Origin: the human T2T-CHM13v2.0 reference genome, Homo sapiens
Reading direction: 5' to 3' (one strand)
Assembly: GCF_009914755.1 (NCBI RefSeq)
Contig: NC_060933.1
DNA length: 64,000 nucleotides
The notes under the pieces were generated by a model. The model had not been told where the DNA came from, searched no databases, and saw nothing but the letters and a program-made list of their open reading frames with translations. The position numbers and the translations under genes were made by a program. Positions 53,871 through 64,000 of this stretch are shown in pieces (position 1 is the stretch's first letter; every line of letters starts with the position of its first letter).

Positions 53871-54417
53871 AAAGGTAATCATTTTCAAGAGCCAAAAGCA
53901 CAGAGTAAGCCATCAATCCTCACTGCAACTCTTCTAAATGTATCCTATATTCTACAGAATTAAGCCCTGATCACACAAATAAACATGGTACACCTGTTAT
54001 AATGCAGTACAATGTTGACACACTTTATTGCTATATTAATATATCATGCAAAAAGGAGAAGGAATAATGAAATAATGTTCTTCTCTTCACATAACTAAGA
54101 CTAAAAAAGTTGCAATTGCCAAAAAGGCAGTTTGGCATAAGAAAAACAATGTGGACTTTGCAGTCAACAAAAGCAGGCTTCAATTCTGGACTTACCAATT
54201 AACACTGATGACAGCCTTGAAAATAGGTTTACTTAACATCCCTGAACCATGATTTCCTGGGGAGCAAGGAATAATTTCTTCTACCTTTTGGGGCTTTGGG
54301 GAAGATTATAAATGTACATAAGAAGGACAAGTCTCGGCTGGGCGCGGTGGCTCACGCCTGTAATCCCAGCACTTTGGGAGGTTGATGGGGGTGAGGAGTT
54401 CGAGACCAGCCTAGTCA

Positions 54418-54603
<186 letters not shown>

Positions 54604-55104
54604 TCAAAAAAAAAAAAAAAAAAAAAAAAAGGGACAAGTCTCACTGCATACATCTGGTATTCATTAAATTTAGGCTAATATTTTTGTTATTAAATTACCT
54701 AGGGAGAAACATACAACGGATGGAAGTGATGTAAGCAGATTCCTCAAGCTGCCTTACAGTGAGTTTTATGTTTGGTCATCTCATTAGTAATTGGCCACAA
54801 AACCAAGGATGAAATGTAATTTAACAAACAACAGATGGTCTGCAAATGGTCCATTTTATAGCAAACACAATGATGGATAAAGAAATGTAACAAAAGGATA
54901 GAACATTACAAAAATAAATACAAGGTCTTTTCCAGTTAAGTCTAGAAAAACTAGAAAAGAGACTCTGAATGGCCATGTAATCAACATAGCAAAAACATGT
55001 TCGGTAAATGTCTATCAAATACACTTGATATACACAATTGAGAAGTAGATTATTAGATGAGACTGTATCTGACATTTCCTGTCAATGCCTCATTATTTAC
55101 TTAC

Positions 55105-55278
55105 TGACTGACGTGCGGCGAAATTTATGAACATAACCAGAATGATATTCGTGGAGATCTTGTATGTCATTTCTCTCTGTATCTTTCTTCTCTTCATTTA
55201 TTCTCTCAGGAGCTAAAAACACCAAATCGTTTTCCTTTGGATAAAGCTGTTTAGCCAGTTCACATTCTTCCAGATAAA
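55105..55278 (-). CDS. SETX: Senataxin exon 12 (174 nt)
   Basis: Acceptor gtttcatag|TT, donor GTCA|gtaagt; encodes (V)YLEECELAKQLYPKENDLVFLAPER...KFRRTSV(M). Confidence 0.95.
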
Positions 55279-55529
55279 CTATGAAACAAGAAGAAGTCGG
55301 AATTCATATAACTCTAATAGAATTATTTTAAATAAGATTAACTTAAAAGAAATTAAATCCTTGTATTAAGTTCAAAAATACACAGCACTAAAGGACTCTG
55401 CATATACTTTAAAATGGTAATCTAATCCAATCAAAAACTTCAAATATTAAAAATATCAATTATAGAATATAGTTTTCTTCAAAACTGCTATAAGGCCAAA
55501 ATAGACAAAACTATAATATTGAAAAGTAG

Positions 55530-55742
<213 letters not shown>

Positions 55743-55941
55743 TAGTAGAGATGGGGTTTCACTGTGTTAGCCAGGATGGTCTCGATCTCCTGACCTCGTG
55801 ATCCGCCCGCCTCAGCCTCCCAAAGTGCTGGGATTACAGGGGTGAGCCACTGTGCCTGGCCTATTCTGGTTTTTAACTAAATTTCTCTCATTTGTTTCCA
55901 ACTTTCAAAACCCCCGAAGAAAATTCGGAAACAGATCCAAG

Positions 55942-56254
55942 TAGTTATACACCGCATAATGATGTTGTGGTCAGTGATGGACCGGATATATACAACAGTG
56001 GTCCCATAAGATTATAATATATTTTTACTGTATCTTTTCTATGTTTAGATACACAAATACTTCCCCATGTTACAATTACCTACAGTATTCAATACGGTAA
56101 CATGCTGTACAGGTTGGCAGACTAGGTGTGTGGTAGGCTACACCGCCTAGGTTCCTCTAAGTACACTCTTACTTCTCATGATGTTGGCATGATGATGAAA
56201 TCGCCTGACACATTTCTGAGAATGTATCCCCATCATTAAGTGACATGTGATTGT
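55942..56254. mobile_element. Tigger3/MER7 (Golem) fossil
   Basis: gtggtcccataagattataat...acatttctgagaatgtatccccatcattaagtgacatgtgattgta. Confidence 0.75.
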
Positions 56255-56379
56255 ACATACAAGAATTTTGCAACTTCTACGCATTTCAAACAAGTGGGGA
56301 AAGACGGTTGTAAACTACATGGGACTAGGAAAACAGAGAAAGCACTGGAATAAAGTTCAGTACCAACTGCCGAATCTAG

Positions 56380-58315
<1,936 letters not shown>

Positions 58316-58377
58316 CATGGGCGCAGTAGCTCACGTCTGTAATCCCAGCACTTTGGGAGGCCGAGGCGGGTGGTTCA

Positions 58378-58578
<201 letters not shown>

Positions 58579-59641
58579 TCAAAAAAAGAGAGCTCAGGAG
58601 CCTCAGCCAGCTCCAAATCTACCAGGAGAAGGGTAAGACGAGCTCAAGTGTGAAAACACTAATGCAGCACCCTGACAAAAATCAGAATACAGCATACAGC
58701 ACAGGGTATTAATGGTCCATGGGGTTTGAACTGGCAGTACTTGAAACTCAAAGCTTCTGAGGGACAAGAGAAGAAGGGAGAAGTACCCTTTTATAACTGC
58801 ATACTGTAGGTAGAACCAAAAGGGGAGAAAATTTAGGGTCCTGCAAGACCCTCAAAAGTGGAACAAACTCTGGACTTCACTACACTTGCAGAAAAGGGTG
58901 TCACTGAACTTGTAATTGTGTAAACCATCTCATTACCTCAGAAATAGAAATAAAATTAATAAATCCATATGTAAAGATTACAAAAAAAAAAAGAAAATGG
59001 AGATCCAACATACTAATGAAAATTCTCAGCCTGGGAGTTTGAGGCTGCAGTGAGCTGGGATTGCGCCACTGAACGTCAGCCTGGGCGACAGAACAAGACC
59101 CTGTTTCAAAAAAAAAAAAAAAGAAAGAAAGAAAAGAAAAAGAAAATTCTCCCCAAAACCACAACCGGGAAGGAAAAGAATACTGAATTAGGCTGGGCGC
59201 AGTGGCTCGCGCCTGTAATTTAGGCACTTTGTGGGGCCAAGGCAGGAGGATAACCTGAGGTCAGGAGTTCAAGACCAGCCTAGCCAAAATGGCAAATCCC
59301 CATCTCGATTAAAAATACAAACATTAGCCAGGCATGGTGGCACATGCCATAATCCCAGCTGCTTGGGAGGCTGAGGCAGGAGAATCGCTTGAAGCCAGGA
59401 GGCGGGATGCAGTGAGCTGAGATCACACCACTGCACTTCAGCCTGGGTAACAGAGTGAGACTCCATCTCAAAAAAAAAGAAAAAAAAGAATACTGAATTA
59501 AACATATTAGCTACTTATTTGGGGATATAAAAAACTATTTTGGGCCAGGCGCAGTGGCTCACGCCTCACCTGTAATCCCAGCACTTTGGGAGGCCGAGGC
59601 GGGCGGATCACGAGGTTAGGAGATCAAGACCATCCTGGCTA

Positions 59642-59899
<258 letters not shown>

Positions 59900-60676
59900 T
59901 TAAAAAGGACAAGAAACTGGATATTTACTCATTACAAATGAAAAAATAGTAACTTCACAGTGGAAACATGAGACGCCACCTTAACAAAGCGATGCAAGTT
60001 AGTATCACCAGCAATGAGATTTATCAACGTCATGTACCTCCCAATCTGACAGACTGAGAAGAGCACAAACTACTTCTATGTTTTTCTTGCCAAAAATGCA
60101 AAACCTGAATTTGACTCACAAGGAAATATCAGAGAAACCAAAATGGAGGGACATTCTGCAAAGTAACTGGACAGCACTCTTTAAAAACATTTAGGCCATG
60201 AAAGACAGAGAGAATGAGGACCTAAGTGTCCTAGACTGAAGGAAACTAAGAAGACATCACAACTGAATGGAATTTGTGATTCTAGATTGGACCCTGGAGC
60301 AGAAAACAGACATTTGTGGGACAAGTGGTATAATATGAATAAGGTCTAATTAGCTCTTAGTCTACACCAACATAAAACCCTGGTTTTGATCATTGTTCTG
60401 TCTTTACGTTAAGATGTTAACATTTGAGGAAACTTGGTGAAGGTTATAGGAACTCTACTAATTTTGCAATTTTTTTGAAAAATCTGCAATTATTTCAAAA
60501 TAAAAAATCAATTCCTCCAAAGCAAATCCAACCCCACAGGATTCTTCATCTCCTTACTCCATCCCATGCAACTCCCTTCTCCCATAACGAGGGAACCCTG
60601 CCTCCTAACACCAGCTGTCTTATACGTTAGCTCTATTTTACAATACACAAAATCATCTAAGAATTACTAATACTAA

Positions 60677-60865
<189 letters not shown>

Positions 60866-61428
60866 TAGTAGAGACGAGGTTTCACCATGCTGGCCAGGAT
60901 GGTCTCGAACTCCCGACCTCAGGTGATCCACCAGCCTTGGCCTCCCAAAGTGCTGGGATTGCAGGTGTGAGCCACTGTGCCCAGCCGAGTCTACTATTTC
61001 TAAAAGTACTTATATCATTTTTTTCTCTGTGGGTTATACATATGACCAATTTAAAATATAATTAGGTTCACCTACTTCAATTGTATTTCTTTTTAAGGCT
61101 TGCTTTTTAAAATTCATCTTTGTTGATTTAATTGTTCAAGTCATATATATGTAAAAAGTATACTCTAGTTCTATCAGTTTTATTTATTTATTTATTTAGA
61201 GACAGGGTCTTGTTATGTTGCCTGGGCTAGAGTGCAGTGACCATTCACATATGTGATCATAACACAGCATAGCCTCAAACTCCTGGGCTCAAGTGATCTT
61301 GCCTCAGCCTACCACGTAGCAGGGACTACAGAGGCACAGGCCACTGTGCCCAGCTCTTTATCTATTTTATTAGGTATATGCATTCAGAATTGTCATATCT
61401 TCTGTTGAACCAAAATACTCCCTTTTTA

Positions 61429-61686
<258 letters not shown>

Positions 61687-62121
61687 CTACTGCACTCCAG
61701 CCTGGGCGACAGAGCAAGACTCTGTCTCAAAAAAATAATAATAATAATAACAACAATAATAATGTTTTCTGCCTTAATGTCTATTTAGTTTGATATTAAC
61801 AGAGCTAAATAAGTTTTTTTTTTTTAATTTGGATATGCATGGTTATCTTTTACTTACAATCTTTATGTATCCTTATATTTAGATGTATTACCCACTAACA
61901 GCATATAGCATGCCCAGATTGGTGTTGAAATACTGCTTTCAACTAAAATATAGCAAGGCTCCTTAGAAAACTGTAAGCTCAGTTATGGGATAAAAACAAT
62001 ATATATGATGAACTTGGAACATCTTGTCATAGCACACAGCCTCAGAGCCAACTAGAAGGAGCTGACTGAAATGGACTGAAACACAAGCACACCAATCCAT
62101 GCACTCATAGTTCTTTTTTAA

Positions 62122-62454
<333 letters not shown>

Positions 62455-63413
62455 TAGTGAATTAAACTCGTTATTCTGAAAACTGGTCAAGCAGCAAGTA
62501 TTTATACTGCCTTTCCTTTATAAACTATGCTACTGAGTAACCAAATAGTAGTAGAGAATTTTCTCTCTAGAGAAGTATTCCAGCTAACATAAAATGATTA
62601 AAGTATCACCATTTTGCTCCCTTTAATGAATTAGTGACTAAGTACAAGCAGCTGTGATTATCAGAAAAAGAAACCAGATACCACGTACCTGCTGCTGCTG
62701 ATGGAACATACCACCAACTATAAAATAGTTTTGCCAAAAACAAGTAACAAAAATTTACCTGAATTGGATCAATCCTCTAGTTCCAGGTATCAATATACAG
62801 GAAACACACAGAGGACAGAGACACATTCTAAACACCACCAAGGGGATGCAATATCAGCAAAATCCAGACCATGATTAACTCTATAAAACTAATTTTTCAA
62901 CAAAAAAATTGCAAGGGAAGAAAATGAGAGAATTCTAGTTTAAAAAGACCTATCAACCAATGCCATTGGGTGGACTACTTTGGATCTTAAGCTGAAAAAA
63001 AGTGTTATGAGATAACTGAAAATTTGAACACTGACTGATATGAAGGGATTATTGGTAACTTTTTAGGTATGACTTATTTTTAAGCTCTTATTTTTTAGAG
63101 ATAGTCACTAACATAGTCACTAACTGAAGATGACATGCAAAACCTCTCCACAGAAAACTATAAAACACTGAGAAAAATTTAACCTAAATAACTGAAGATA
63201 TATACCTTATTCATGAATTAGAAAGTATTAAAAGTTGTCAATTCTTCCCAAATTTCCACTTCTTTTCCTCTAAAATTTATATGGAAATGCAAAGGGCCAA
63301 GAATAGCCAAAGCACTCAAAAAGTAGAGCAAGGTAGGAGGGGTGAGGCGCCGTGGCTCACACCAGCACTTTGGGAGGCCAAGACGGGCAGATAACTTGAG
63401 GCCAGGAGCTTCA

Positions 63414-63689
<276 letters not shown>

Positions 63690-64000
63690 TTAAGTAAACA
63701 ATGTGATATGAGCCCAAGGGTAGGCAAATGATCTCAAGAAGAACAGACTGATGCCCAGACATTAAGTGGACTCCAGACGCATGACAAACATAGCAGTGCA
63801 GTGAAGCACAAATGGTCTTTCAATAAATAGTACTGGGATAATCAGACCTCTACTTGGGGGAAAAAAAAAAAATGGAACCCAACCCACATGCCTCAGTCAG
63901 AAACAAAACAAGAAAGCTTCTAGAAAAGGGGTTCCCAAATTTCCTCTGTAAAGGGCCAGATAGGCTTGTGGGGCCACACATAATGCCTGTTACATACTCT

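Overview
Human (primate) genomic DNA containing the 3' part of SETX (senataxin, an SF1B Upf1/Sen1-type RNA/DNA helicase) on the minus strand. I traced 15 coding exons by hand (conventionally exons 12-26; 55278 down to the TAG at 18716). All have GT-AG boundaries and phase-compatible junctions, totalling 2660 nt. They encode helicase motifs I-VI and the low-complexity C-terminus ending in a KKRK NLS-like tail. There is also an in-frame 87-nt cassette exon after exon 25 and a ~2.8 kb 3' UTR with several poly(A) signals. The left ~15 kb is GC-richer intergenic DNA; from general knowledge the convergent neighbour NTNG2 lies just outside the window. The rest is dense in Alus, old L1/L2/MIR and DNA-transposon fossils, plus two ERVK-class solo LTRs with 6-bp TSDs. 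Nearly all ORF-track entries are Alu-derived or spurious. The most striking unexplained structure is an 18-unit, 41-bp VNTR ending ~30 nt from the exon 25 acceptor. It is a homotypic array of AP-1/antioxidant-response elements (TGACTCAGC) and E-boxes. It lies within ~1.6 kb of the cassette exon and a near-perfect CTCF motif. Repeat family names are from recognition, not from a database search.
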